Shown here piece after piece: positions 29,196 through 38,599 of a stretch of 64,000 nucleotides of DNA. Made by a program: the position numbers and the translations under genes. The notes below the pieces were generated by a model. The model saw nothing but the letters and a program-made list of their open reading frames with translations, was not told the DNA's origin and made no database searches. The stretch is from an uncultured Candidatus Saccharibacteria bacterium. GTDB taxonomy: Bacteria > Patescibacteriota > Dojkabacteria > J137. How positions within the stretch are numbered: the first letter of the stretch is position 1; the number at the start of each line of letters is the position of its first letter. The stretch spans positions 101,771 to 165,770 of the forward strand of contig OZ246402.1 in assembly GCA_965230975.1 (NCBI GenBank). The letters run 5' to 3'.

Positions 29196-30407
29196 ATGGA
29201 TACAAAAGTATACTTAGATAATTTAATGCGTCTACCTCATAGAGGATCTGCTACTATTGAAGAGAAAAAAGCTGCTGAATATTTAAAACAAGAGTACGAA
29301 AATATTGGATTACCTACCGAACTTCAAACTTTCAAAACAATATTCAAAGGTGGTGTAATTGAATTCTTAGTTCCTGCCGTCGTGTTGACAATATCATATC
29401 TCTTGTTAATGTCTGGATACCAATCCTACGCTATTGCTGTTGGATTTATAGGTTGTATTCTTTACTTTAAAATACCTGCAAATTTTATACTATTACTCAA
29501 GGGATTCTCTAACTCTTACTCTCAAAATGTAGTTGCAAAACTAACTAAACCAAGCGCAAAAAAGACACTTGTTATTGTTGGTCATTACGATACAGCAATG
29601 GAGACTGTTTATATGAAATCGATTGGTAAAGCTTATAATGCACTATTTAAAACAAAGAAACAAGAGAATAAGACTTCTAGACTAGATAGTGACAAGCTTC
29701 CATTCTTTTTAAAAACTCCAGTTATCTTACCTAATCTTGGAATTGTTTTATTATTTGTTACTTTGCTGACTGGTTATAGGAATATTGGATTAGATATTTT
29801 TATTCTTTTTGTATGTGCTTATTGCATATCCTTCCCCTTAATTGTTTGGCGTGCACCGTTTGTTCCCGGTGCTTTTGACAATGGTGTTGCTGCAGCTATG
29901 GTTGTATCTTTAGCTAAGTATTTTGTAAATAACAGACCAGAAAATATAAATGTTATTTTTTTAAATACAGGTTGTGAAGAAAACTCGGTTAAGGGCATTA
30001 ATGATTTTTTAAAGAAAAATTCAATAGAAAAAGAAACTACTTATTTTCTTAACCTGGAGTCTATAGGGGCAGATAAGCCAGTTATTTGCTACGCAGAATC
30101 TGAGCTTTGGACAGGATGGCCAATGAAATATGACAAAGAGGCTTATAAGCTTGCATCGGATTTAATTAAAGAAGACTCTAGATTTGCAAGATTTGAAGAA
30201 ACTTACATACCAGCGCCATCAGATATGATTGTTGTTGTGGAAGAAGGTTACAAAGTTATTACCCAAATCGCATCTTTATCAAAGAAAGGTTTTCCAGAGC
30301 ATTATCATCAAATGAGTGATGTAGAAGAAAACATCGACTGGGATTCTGTTAACCTTTGTTTTGAATTTGCTAAAGAGTTAGTTATAAAGTTTGATAGAAA
30401 TTTCTAA
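29196..30407 (+). CDS. membrane-embedded M28-like peptidase family protein
   Basis: LVIVGHYDTAM (HxD metal-ligand motif) and LNLESIGA (NxDxxG-like), with 4-5 hydrophobic helices inserted between them. Confidence 0.45.
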   Translation: MDTKVYLDNLMRLPHRGSATIEEKKAAEYLKQEYENIGLPTELQTFKTIFKGGVIEFLVPAVVLTISYLLLMSGYQSYAIAVGFIGCILYFKIPANFILLLKGFSNSYSQNVVAKLTKPSAKKTLVIVGHYDTAMETVYMKSIGKAYNALFKTKKQENKTSRLDSDKLPFFLKTPVILPNLGIVLLFVTLLTGYRNIGLDIFILFVCAYCISFPLIVWRAPFVPGAFDNGVAAAMVVSLAKYFVNNRPENINVIFLNTGCEENSVKGINDFLKKNSIEKETTYFLNLESIGADKPVICYAESELWTGWPMKYDKEAYKLASDLIKEDSRFARFEETYIPAPSDMIVVVEEGYKVITQIASLSKKGFPEHYHQMSDVEENIDWDSVNLCFEFAKELVIKFDRNF

Positions 30408-30474
30408 CATCTTTTGTATAAACCCTTTTCAAAGTGATAGAATAAACTGTATTCTAATTAAACGCATATATTGA

Positions 30475-32694
30475 ATGGCTCGGAAAAAACAACATATCAC
30501 TTACGATAGTAAAGAAACCCATACAATAGTTGGTCTTTTAAGCTTTTTGTTTGGATTATTCTTTCTAGTAACTCTTTTTACAAATAGCGAAGCACAAACA
30601 AATTTATTTTCTCAAGTAAAAAACCTGTTTGGTAACTCAACTGCACTAACGGCAATATTTTTAATAACAACAGGGTTACACTTTCTTGGTGCAAAATGGA
30701 GCTTTACAAAAACAAGAAGTCTTTTGGGACAATTTGCATTAGTATTTTTAATACCTGCAGTAATGACAGCATTCTCAAACTCTCCAAGAGAACTCGCCCG
30801 AATTGCCGGTAATGATACTTTAGGTGGCGAAGTTGGTTATTTAATAGTAAATACTGTATTAGGAGACGTTATTCCAACTCAACCAGCAACAAAATTTATA
30901 CTAATCGCTTTAACTTTAATCGCGTTACCTGTAGCACTCTCTTTATCTTTAAGCGAATTATTTGATACATTAGTTAAAATAATTTCTTGGATTAGTGGCT
31001 TGTTTAAATCTAAAGAATCTGAAGAAGACAATTCATCAATTCCCGAAAAAGCATCTACCTTTGGGGATTTTAACAAATTTAGAAAACAAACCGCTCCTTC
31101 AAAGCAAATAGAGGAAAAATCTCACGAAAAACCTGAAGAGATGACTTCATTTAAAAAAATTAGAACAGCAGAATCTGAAGTAGCAAACCAAATTAAAGAA
31201 GGCAAGCTTGGAGATGATGGATTAAGGCAAGATACACTAAAATACCCTAACTGGGTATTACCTAACCTCAGCCTATTAATCCCTTACAAAAAAGGTATTT
31301 CTAAAGAACCTGCAATTGAGCAAAATGCAAAAATTATAGAACAAACATTGGAAAGCTTTGATATTTTAGCCAAAGTTGAAGAATCCTATATTGGCCCATC
31401 TATTATTCAATATGCTTTAAATATTGGTATGGGAATCAATGTAAATAGAATTACAAACCTAAGTGCAAATTTAGCTTTAGCATTAGGTGTAGATTCTAAA
31501 GCGATTAGAATTGACTCTATTCCAGAAACATCGTACTTGGGTATAGAAATTCCAAGGACAAAAAGAGACATGGTTAGAATTAAAGAGCTAATGGAATCTA
31601 GCGAAATGATGGCTACAAAAGCAGAATTGCCTGTTCCAATTGGTAAAGATATAGATGGAAGTGCTGTAATTGCAGATATCAAAAAAATGCCCCATTTATT
31701 AATAGCCGGAGCAACCGGTTCTGGTAAATCTGTATTAACAAACTCGTTTATTACATCTCTATTGTTAAGAAGAACACCAGACGAAGTTAAATTTATTTTG
31801 GTAGATCCAAAACAGGTAGAACTGTCTGACTATAACGGAATTCCGCACTTACTAACCCCTGTTATTACGGACATGGACCAGGTTGTAAATGCTTTAAAAT
31901 GGGCAGTTGGAGAAATGGATAGAAGATACACAAACTTAGCTCATGAACAGGTTAGAAATATAGAAGGCTACAATCAAAAAAAGGGTTTTGCAGCAATGCC
32001 CTACATTGTCATTGTTATTGACGAAATGGCAGATATGATGATGACAGCTAACCGCGTTGAAGCAGAAAATGCAATTGTTAGACTTGCTCAAAAAGCTAGA
32101 GCTGTGGGAATCCACTTGATATTAGCTACCCAAAGACCTTCTGTAAATGTTATTACTGGAATTATTAAAGCGAACATTCCAGGGCGTGTTGCCATGAGTG
32201 TTACTAGTAGTACAGACTCTAGAGTCATTTTAGATAGAATTGGTGCAGAAAGCCTAATGGGCCGAGGAGACTTGTTATACAAAGCCCCAGATAGTCCTAA
32301 ATCCAAAAGACTTCAAGGTACAAATATTGAACAAGATGAAGTTATTAGAATTGTAGACTTTATCAAATCTCAAGCTCCAGAAGTTGAATATATGACAGAA
32401 ATTGTAGAAAAACATGTATTGCCTGGCGAACAAGCAGATGGAATTATAGCTGGAGTTTCTGAAGATAATATGTTTGAACAATCCGTTAGAATAGTAGTTC
32501 AAAGTGGAAAAGGCTCATCATCTTACTTACAAAGAAGATTAAATATTGGCTTTAATAGAGCTGCAAGACTACTAGAAGAGCTAGAAGAAGCAGGTGTAGT
32601 TGGACCAGCTAATGGGAGTAAACCAAGAGAAGTATTAATTACAGATGCAGATGCATTTTTACAAAGCTTAAGAGGTGGAAGTATAACAGAATAA
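30475..32694 (+). CDS. ftsK: DNA translocase FtsK/SpoIIIE
   Basis: N-terminal 4 TM helices and a linker. Walker A LLIAGATGSGKSV, Walker B VIVIDEMAD, and gamma-domain wHTH SSSYLQRRLNIGFNRAARLLEELEEAGVVGP. Confidence 0.9.
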   Translation: MARKKQHITYDSKETHTIVGLLSFLFGLFFLVTLFTNSEAQTNLFSQVKNLFGNSTALTAIFLITTGLHFLGAKWSFTKTRSLLGQFALVFLIPAVMTAFSNSPRELARIAGNDTLGGEVGYLIVNTVLGDVIPTQPATKFILIALTLIALPVALSLSLSELFDTLVKIISWISGLFKSKESEEDNSSIPEKASTFGDFNKFRKQTAPSKQIEEKSHEKPEEMTSFKKIRTAESEVANQIKEGKLGDDGLRQDTLKYPNWVLPNLSLLIPYKKGISKEPAIEQNAKIIEQTLESFDILAKVEESYIGPSIIQYALNIGMGINVNRITNLSANLALALGVDSKAIRIDSIPETSYLGIEIPRTKRDMVRIKELMESSEMMATKAELPVPIGKDIDGSAVIADIKKMPHLLIAGATGSGKSVLTNSFITSLLLRRTPDEVKFILVDPKQVELSDYNGIPHLLTPVITDMDQVVNALKWAVGEMDRRYTNLAHEQVRNIEGYNQKKGFAAMPYIVIVIDEMADMMMTANRVEAENAIVRLAQKARAVGIHLILATQRPSVNVITGIIKANIPGRVAMSVTSSTDSRVILDRIGAESLMGRGDLLYKAPDSPKSKRLQGTNIEQDEVIRIVDFIKSQAPEVEYMTEIVEKHVLPGEQADGIIAGVSEDNMFEQSVRIVVQSGKGSSSYLQRRLNIGFNRAARLLEELEEAGVVGPANGSKPREVLITDADAFLQSLRGGSITE

Positions 32695-32711
32695 ATAATA
32701 ATCTGAATAAA

Positions 32712-32960
32712 TCATTGAAGGTTTGTAGGTTCTATACCTGTTGCATCAACATAAGTTGGGTCAATGCCACTATTTTCAATCTTTTTATTTTCTAAAAAAG
32801 TCTTCACATTTTCTGGGAATATTGTACTTCTTGGCATTGGAATTACAGTTTGATTAACAGTAGACCTGAGTCCCGATGAAATTTGCAATACCTCCCACCC
32901 CACTATTAAAACAAGTATTAAAACACCTGTACCTACCAAATACATAAAAAGCTTGTTCAT
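32712..32960 (-). CDS. small membrane-anchored protein (third gene of pilN/pilO-like operon)
   Basis: 82 aa with a single N-terminal TM helix. Start overlaps the upstream stop (ATGA). Confidence 0.35.
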   Translation of the reverse strand: MNKLFMYLVGTGVLILVLIVGWEVLQISSGLRSTVNQTVIPMPRSTIFPENVKTFLENKKIENSGIDPTYVDATGIEPTNLQ

Positions 32961-33589
32961 TCTGTTAAGTCGTTAAAATAATAGATTATCATCTTTAAAT
33001 TAAGAATATATTCAACATTTGAGGAACCATCACTCTGTGGCACAACAGTTCTGTTTACAGATGCATTATCTATGTTTAAAAGAAGCGCAGATTTTTCTGT
33101 GTCTGAAATAAACTGTAAAACGCTATCTTTAGATCCAATACCTTGGATAGTTAAATACATTGGCACTACACTCTCACCTCCTGCAACTATTGCGACTTTA
33201 TCTATCAACTCTCTATTATCAGGGTCAAAGTTAAAGCTGTTTATAAATACATTTCTTTTGGCTGCCATAGCATTTAAGATATTAATTGTTTTTTCTTGCT
33301 CTTCTCCATTTGGCATAACATTATTAAAATAGTCTACTAGTTCTTTTTTATCATCTTGTTCTAAGGTTAATGATTTTAAATCTTGTAGCTTCTTTTCTAA
33401 ACTTGATATAACTTTATCTCTTTTTGAATTATCTTCTGATTGAGCACCTAAAGAGCTAATTGCAGGAACAACCCCTACTATAGACATAACCACAACAAAC
33501 AAGACAGTTACCCCTGCGGTAAAATAACTTTTGTTTTTTCCTGTAGCAAGAATTTGATTAAGTCTCTCCTGCCAGTTTATTTTGTTCAT
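32957..33589 (-). CDS. PilO-like type IV pilus assembly protein (putative)
   Basis: 210 aa with an N-terminal TM helix and a coiled coil (KLQDLKSLTLEQDDKK). Position downstream of a PilN-like gene, overlapping by 4 nt. Confidence 0.4.
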   Translation of the reverse strand: MNKINWQERLNQILATGKNKSYFTAGVTVLFVVVMSIVGVVPAISSLGAQSEDNSKRDKVISSLEKKLQDLKSLTLEQDDKKELVDYFNNVMPNGEEQEKTINILNAMAAKRNVFINSFNFDPDNRELIDKVAIVAGGESVVPMYLTIQGIGSKDSVLQFISDTEKSALLLNIDNASVNRTVVPQSDGSSNVEYILNLKMIIYYFNDLTE

Positions 33590-34149
33590 ATTTGATCTCT
33601 TTTAGTATCTACAATTTTTGCAACTAGAATATAGCTACCTTTGTTTTGTAAAACCTCTTTTTCACTTAAAGATAGGTCACTTACTGTTACTTGAGTAAAA
33701 CTCTTAGATGACTTTAGTGCTGTTTCTAATACTTTTATATCTGCTAAATCTTCGTACCCCAAAACGCTAACTTGGTCCCCTTTTATTGTTACAACTATTT
33801 CTGAGGATTCATTTTGAATATAAGAAAATATCTCTTGAATTGAATTACTATACTCTTTTGCTTCGTTCCAAACTAATACGTAACTATCTGACTTTGCCTG
33901 AAGCTGTCTAAATTTTGGCTCTAAATCTTGTGCATAGAAATTTAGCTCTTGAGTTAACCGTGCTATTTCTCTATCCTTGTTTTTTGCAGTTGTATCTACA
34001 ATAACTTTAAATACAAATGTAGAAGCAACAATAAGTTCTGTAATTAAGACTACTATTCTAGCCTTCCCAATTAACCAGTCATAAACCCTATCCCACGCGG
34101 TTGCCGGTGGTGTTAATGGTTTTAATAAATTAAAATTCCTCTTTTGCAT
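33586..34149 (-). CDS. PilN-like type IV pilus assembly protein (putative)
   Basis: N-terminal NFNLLKP (the INLLP motif of PilN), then a TM helix and a periplasmic domain. Confidence 0.45.
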   Translation of the reverse strand: MQKRNFNLLKPLTPPATAWDRVYDWLIGKARIVVLITELIVASTFVFKVIVDTTAKNKDREIARLTQELNFYAQDLEPKFRQLQAKSDSYVLVWNEAKEYSNSIQEIFSYIQNESSEIVVTIKGDQVSVLGYEDLADIKVLETALKSSKSFTQVTVSDLSLSEKEVLQNKGSYILVAKIVDTKRDQI

Positions 34150-34212
34150 TTTTCAATATCAAGATAATATGATTCAGAACTATTCTAGCATCATTTTAAA
34201 GACAGTTGGAAA

Positions 34213-34941
34213 ATGATTTTTAAAGAAATTTTAAACATTGGGAGCAATGAGATTGAATTAACTACCCAATCTCAGTTATCTAAAAAAACTATTTCAGAAA
34301 TACAATTCTTAATTGATTTTTTTTCAAAAGAATTAAATCATAATATTAAGGAATCTTCTGCATGGAAATTTAATAATGGGCAAATCAGAATCCCAATTTA
34401 TGTAAAGCCAGAATTTATTCAGTATTTCAAGTTTGTTTATAAAATATTTTCTAATCACCCAGATACTTTTGAACCTTTTTCAATTTCTTTTTTTAAAATT
34501 GATTATGTTAGCTTTGACAATAACTCAGAATATATAATTAAAAATACTGACTTTAAATTTGATACCTCATTTTTTCGATTAAACTTTATAGTTCAATACA
34601 TTGCAGAATACTTAAAAGAAAAAAAGTTTGATACATTTTTAATTCAATGGGATGAGAAATATATTGCATTTGGCAATTATGACTGGGAAGTTCTTCCAGG
34701 GGGTCATAAATATATTTTAAATAACTCTTCTGCTATTTTTTTTCACTACTCACCTTCAGGTTTTGAATCACATAAATTTGGGGCCATTCAAAATGAACTA
34801 AGTGAATCAGATGCACTAGTATTAGGCCAAGATTTATCTGAACTAAAGGTTTTAACCCCTCAAATCAACTACCTAAATACAAAAACTGACTTAAGCAAGT
34901 TTTCTTACGAAAATAATATTAAAGTGGTGTTTTTGGACTAA
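34213..34941 (+). CDS. hypothetical protein
   Basis: 242-aa ORF, soluble, Phe/Tyr-rich, no motif. Confidence 0.4.
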   Translation: MIFKEILNIGSNEIELTTQSQLSKKTISEIQFLIDFFSKELNHNIKESSAWKFNNGQIRIPIYVKPEFIQYFKFVYKIFSNHPDTFEPFSISFFKIDYVSFDNNSEYIIKNTDFKFDTSFFRLNFIVQYIAEYLKEKKFDTFLIQWDEKYIAFGNYDWEVLPGGHKYILNNSSAIFFHYSPSGFESHKFGAIQNELSESDALVLGQDLSELKVLTPQINYLNTKTDLSKFSYENNIKVVFLD

Positions 34942-35219
34942 TGTTTGTGTTTAAGATTTTCCGGTACAGGGTCAAAGCCTCCTTTGCTTAGTGGATTGCA
35001 TCTTAAAATCCGTTTAAAACCCATCCACCCCCCTTTAAGTAGGCCAAACCTATCAATTGACTGATATGTATACTCTGAGCAACTTGGGGTAAATATGCAC
35101 ACCCTATACCCTCCGGCTAAATATGGAGCCCAAAATGAGTGATCAAAAGATAAAGTCTTTTGATAGATCCTAATTAGTAACTTTGCTATGTTTTTTGGAA
35201 GATTGATTATATTTTTCAC
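34938..35219 (-). CDS. yidD: membrane protein insertion efficiency factor YidD
   Basis: [48 protein letters not shown] is the canonical YidD signature. Confidence 0.85.
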   Translation of the reverse strand: MKNIINLPKNIAKLLIRIYQKTLSFDHSFWAPYLAGGYRVCIFTPSCSEYTYQSIDRFGLLKGGWMGFKRILRCNPLSKGGFDPVPENLKHKH

Positions 35220-35273
35220 AAAATAATTTTAACATCTTAGAATTTTTTAATTACTAAAAATTCTATACTATAA

Positions 35274-35291
35274 GTTATCCACATGGATAAC
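35274..35291. promoter_or_regulatory. DnaA-box inverted pair (oriC / dnaA autoregulatory element)
   Basis: gTTATCCACAtggataac. It contains the perfect consensus box TTATCCACA, and on the opposite strand TTATCCATG. It sits 107 bp upstream of the dnaA start in an AT-rich spacer. Confidence 0.55.
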
Positions 35292-35397
35292 TTTTCATGT
35301 ATAATAAAAAAAACCTTGATGATACTAACTTTCACAACGCACTTTGCATAAAAAGTTTACTCAATAAGTTCAATCTAGTTATACAACTATATAGTTT

Positions 35398-36810
35398 ATG
35401 AAAATTAAAGACGAAAAACAGCTTTGGAAAACTGCCTTAGCACAAATTGAAATAAAAATAGATGCGCCAACTACATTTAGAACTTTTTTCCAAGAAACAA
35501 AACTCATATCTATTGATGGAAATACTGCAAGAATAGGTGTTCCAAATCCATACACCGCAGAGTGGTTAAAAAATAAATACGAAAGAATGATAAAAGACAC
35601 ACTTAGCTATGTTTTTGGAGAAACCTTAAATCCTGTTTTTGAAGTTTTGCAAAGAGTTGATTCTGAACCAGAACCGATTTCCGAAATAATGAATACAGAA
35701 AAACAACCCCTTTTATCTATGGAAAATGGTGTTATGGGAAATGTATTAGATTTGGTTAGAAAAGCTGGCCTTAATCCAAAATACACCATTTCAAATTATG
35801 TAGTTGGTAATTACAATATGATGGCACATGCAGCCGCAATTGGGGTTATTAACAATCCTGGAACTGCTTACAATCCATTATTTATTCATGGAAAAACTGG
35901 GCTTGGTAAAACTCATTTAGCACAAGCAATTGCGCGCTCAATAATAGAGAGAGATCCCTCAAAAAGGATTTTGTATACATCATCTGAGGGTTTTATGAAT
36001 GATATGGTTAAAGGTATTAAAAGTGGCCAAAGTGATAGAAACAGATCAAAGTACAGATCAATAGATTTATTGATCGTTGATGATATGCAGTTAATTTCAA
36101 AATGGGTTCATACTCAAGAGGAATTTTTTAATACTTTCAATGAATTATTTAATAATGGTAAGCAGATTATCCTTATTGCAGATAGAAGACCTGAAGAGAT
36201 TCAAAATATAGAAGCAAGGTTAAAAACAAGAATGCAAGGAGGTATGGTTGTAGATATTCAAAGCCCTGATTACGAAATTAGATTGGCAATTTTAGAAAAG
36301 AAGGCAGAACTTGGTGGAGTTAATTTAAAACCTCATGTTATAGAATTTATTGCCAGGTCAATTACCGACAATGTAAGAGAACTTGAAGGTGCTTTACAAA
36401 AAGTTTCTTTGTTTAATCAAATGAAGCCCAATGGAGATTTAACTTTAGAAGAGGTTGCTCACATGATTGGTAAAGATATTTCTTCAAAACGAGAACAGGT
36501 AAAAGTTCCGCAGGTTTTAAAAGAGGTGGGAAAAACTTTTAATGTTAGTGTTAAAGAGCTTAAGGGACCAAGAAGAACTAAAGATTTGGCACTAGCAAGG
36601 CAAGTTGCCATGTACATTTTAAGAGAGGAATTCAACTATAAGCTTGAAGAGGTTGCCAACTTTTTAAATCGAGAAGATCACACTACAGTGATTCATGCTA
36701 TTGATAAAGTTAAAAGCAAAATGATGTTGCAGGATGGTTTTAATAGACAGGTTGCAAAATTAATAACTACAATACAAGATAGTGCTACTGTAACACAGGA
36801 TATGGAATAG
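35398..36810 (+). CDS. dnaA: chromosomal replication initiator protein DnaA
   Basis: Walker A GKTGLGKTHLAQAI, Walker B LLIVDDMQ, sensor motifs, and a C-terminal DNA-binding domain LALARQVAMYILRE. Confidence 0.95.
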   Translation: MKIKDEKQLWKTALAQIEIKIDAPTTFRTFFQETKLISIDGNTARIGVPNPYTAEWLKNKYERMIKDTLSYVFGETLNPVFEVLQRVDSEPEPISEIMNTEKQPLLSMENGVMGNVLDLVRKAGLNPKYTISNYVVGNYNMMAHAAAIGVINNPGTAYNPLFIHGKTGLGKTHLAQAIARSIIERDPSKRILYTSSEGFMNDMVKGIKSGQSDRNRSKYRSIDLLIVDDMQLISKWVHTQEEFFNTFNELFNNGKQIILIADRRPEEIQNIEARLKTRMQGGMVVDIQSPDYEIRLAILEKKAELGGVNLKPHVIEFIARSITDNVRELEGALQKVSLFNQMKPNGDLTLEEVAHMIGKDISSKREQVKVPQVLKEVGKTFNVSVKELKGPRRTKDLALARQVAMYILREEFNYKLEEVANFLNREDHTTVIHAIDKVKSKMMLQDGFNRQVAKLITTIQDSATVTQDME

Positions 36811-37377
36811 CTATTTAGCTTCTAATAAAAGTTCCTGATTTCTTAAATATGTTAGTTCAACATCGGGACTACACTTGTAATGGTTTCTTAATATGCTGTT
36901 AAGCTTTTCACCTTTTAATGAGTTAAATCTATCTTCGCTTGTTCTAATAATAGTTTCTTTGCCATCCACACTAAACTTTACTTTGTATAATGTAGTTATA
37001 CTTCTTGGAGCTGTTTCTGTAAATATTTCGCAACTTCCAGTATAGTAAGATTCCCCCTCTAATAAATCTTTAGTGCTCACGAATACCATAAAAATACCTA
37101 TTCCAAAAAACACAATTACACCTAATAACCATCTTGTATATATACTATTGCCAAGTTTTTTTCTTCTTTTGAATATTAGATATAAGATACTTCCAGATAC
37201 TGATACTATTGCTAGATTAAGCGTGGCTTGACCAAAATTAATTACCCTCCAATTTTCTAAACTTATTATGTTTTTATAGTCAATAATAAAGTCTGTTGTT
37301 ACTATTAAAAATATAAGTGACAAGATTATTAATATAGTCACTAACGTTTTAATTAAAGTTGTTTCTTTTAATTTCAT
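36811..37377 (-). CDS. hypothetical membrane protein (3 TM helices plus a C-terminal soluble domain)
   Basis: 188 aa. It is convergent with dnaA (stop-to-stop adjacent). No motif. Confidence 0.45.
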   Translation of the reverse strand: MKLKETTLIKTLVTILIILSLIFLIVTTDFIIDYKNIISLENWRVINFGQATLNLAIVSVSGSILYLIFKRRKKLGNSIYTRWLLGVIVFFGIGIFMVFVSTKDLLEGESYYTGSCEIFTETAPRSITTLYKVKFSVDGKETIIRTSEDRFNSLKGEKLNSILRNHYKCSPDVELTYLRNQELLLEAK

Positions 37378-37501
37378 TTATAGGATAACTTAAATATTTA
37401 ATTATACTTTATTGTGTTCTTTGTTGCTAATTTGTATTGCGGCACAATGTTTTTCTTATCTGCAAGTGCTAATATCCTTGTATAAATATTAATCAAGTTT
37501 T

Positions 37502-37981
37502 ATGTTTTTTATTTGGGGATGGGGTCATAGAAAAAACAAAGATTTAGGCTCTGTAAATAAAGCTATTTGTTCTAACTGTTCTAATATTACAAAGTTTAGA
37601 ATGCTAGATCATTCTGAGTGGTTTACCTTCTTTTTTATTCCTATTATTCCGTATTCAAAAAAGAAGTTTGTTTATTGTCCCGTTTGTGATTATGCTATTG
37701 AAATAGACGAAGATAACGCTTTAGAGTTAAAGCAGATTGCAAATCTTAATAATGCTTACGATAAAGGTGACTTAAGTGAAGATGAATACGAGAAGTTAAA
37801 CAATAAGCTTAATAGTATTTTAGAAATTGGCACCGAGACTTTAAAATCGGATGTTGTTTTTAACAAAGTGAGTATAGTACAAGAACCAGAAACAGGCTTA
37901 ACTAAATTCTTAAAAAGCAAAGAGTTAAAAATATTACTCTACTCTGTGTTTGTTATTGCAGTGTTGTATTTGGTGTTTTAG
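37502..37981 (+). CDS. zinc-ribbon plus SHOCT-domain protein with a C-terminal TM helix
   Basis: CSNCSN...CPVCDY forms a Cys4 ribbon. LKQIANLNNAYDKGDLSEDEYEKLNNKL is the SHOCT motif. The C-terminal helix is ILLYSVFVIAVLYLVF. Confidence 0.5.
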   Translation: MFFIWGWGHRKNKDLGSVNKAICSNCSNITKFRMLDHSEWFTFFFIPIIPYSKKKFVYCPVCDYAIEIDEDNALELKQIANLNNAYDKGDLSEDEYEKLNNKLNSILEIGTETLKSDVVFNKVSIVQEPETGLTKFLKSKELKILLYSVFVIAVLYLVF

Positions 37982-38075
37982 CTAAATGCCAGCACCTATA
38001 AAATCAAAGACGATGTTCTCTTTTTCATCATACAAAGCATCTGCAGAGGCTTTAATTCGATATTTGCTCATATTA

Positions 38076-38594
38076 TTATTTACTACCTTTAAAAACTTTT
38101 CCATCTATACTATCTACCCACTCTTCAAGTACATCTTTAGGAAATTTAATATTTATTAAGTGATCTTCTGGAATGGGTGTAAATCCAGAGAGAAGTTCAC
38201 CTAAAGAATATTCCTTATACAAATCCCTAAGTTTGTAATAAAAGAAAGATCTTTCTGGCTCTAAAGCATCTGATAATCTGTGATAAAAAGCCTTATTGTT
38301 TAAAATAAAGTCAAATCCTGTGTATCTCACTTTCTTAAATAAACCAGTCCGATAATTCTTACTGATCCATTCCGCTGGCTTTCGATCATCTATAACTTTA
38401 AAAAGATTTGAGTCGTATTCTTTAGTTACAAAATAATCATATGTAATTACAACATCGTCTAATCTGAAATCCATAATGTTATCATCTAGAATTTCATATT
38501 GCTTTTTTCCTTTAGCATCTTCTGAAATTCCAATAACCAAGTACTTTTTGCCTTTGGTTATAAAGTCTTTGTCTGTTAAGCTTTCCAAGATCAT
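38076..38594 (-). CDS. hypothetical protein; candidate immunity protein for the upstream RHS toxin
   Basis: 172-aa ORF that starts 6 nt after the RHS stop on the same strand. Soluble, no motif. Its position is the canonical one for an Rhs immunity gene. Confidence 0.45.
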   Translation of the reverse strand: MILESLTDKDFITKGKKYLVIGISEDAKGKKQYEILDDNIMDFRLDDVVITYDYFVTKEYDSNLFKVIDDRKPAEWISKNYRTGLFKKVRYTGFDFILNNKAFYHRLSDALEPERSFFYYKLRDLYKEYSLGELLSGFTPIPEDHLINIKFPKDVLEEWVDSIDGKVFKGSK

Positions 38595-38599
38595 ATATT

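Noticed and set aside
35220-35397. Possible rpmH (ribosomal protein L34) gene in the yidD-dnaA spacer
   Set aside because: Both strands were translated. There is no Arg/Lys-rich 44-aa ORF. The region is instead non-coding and carries the DnaA boxes.
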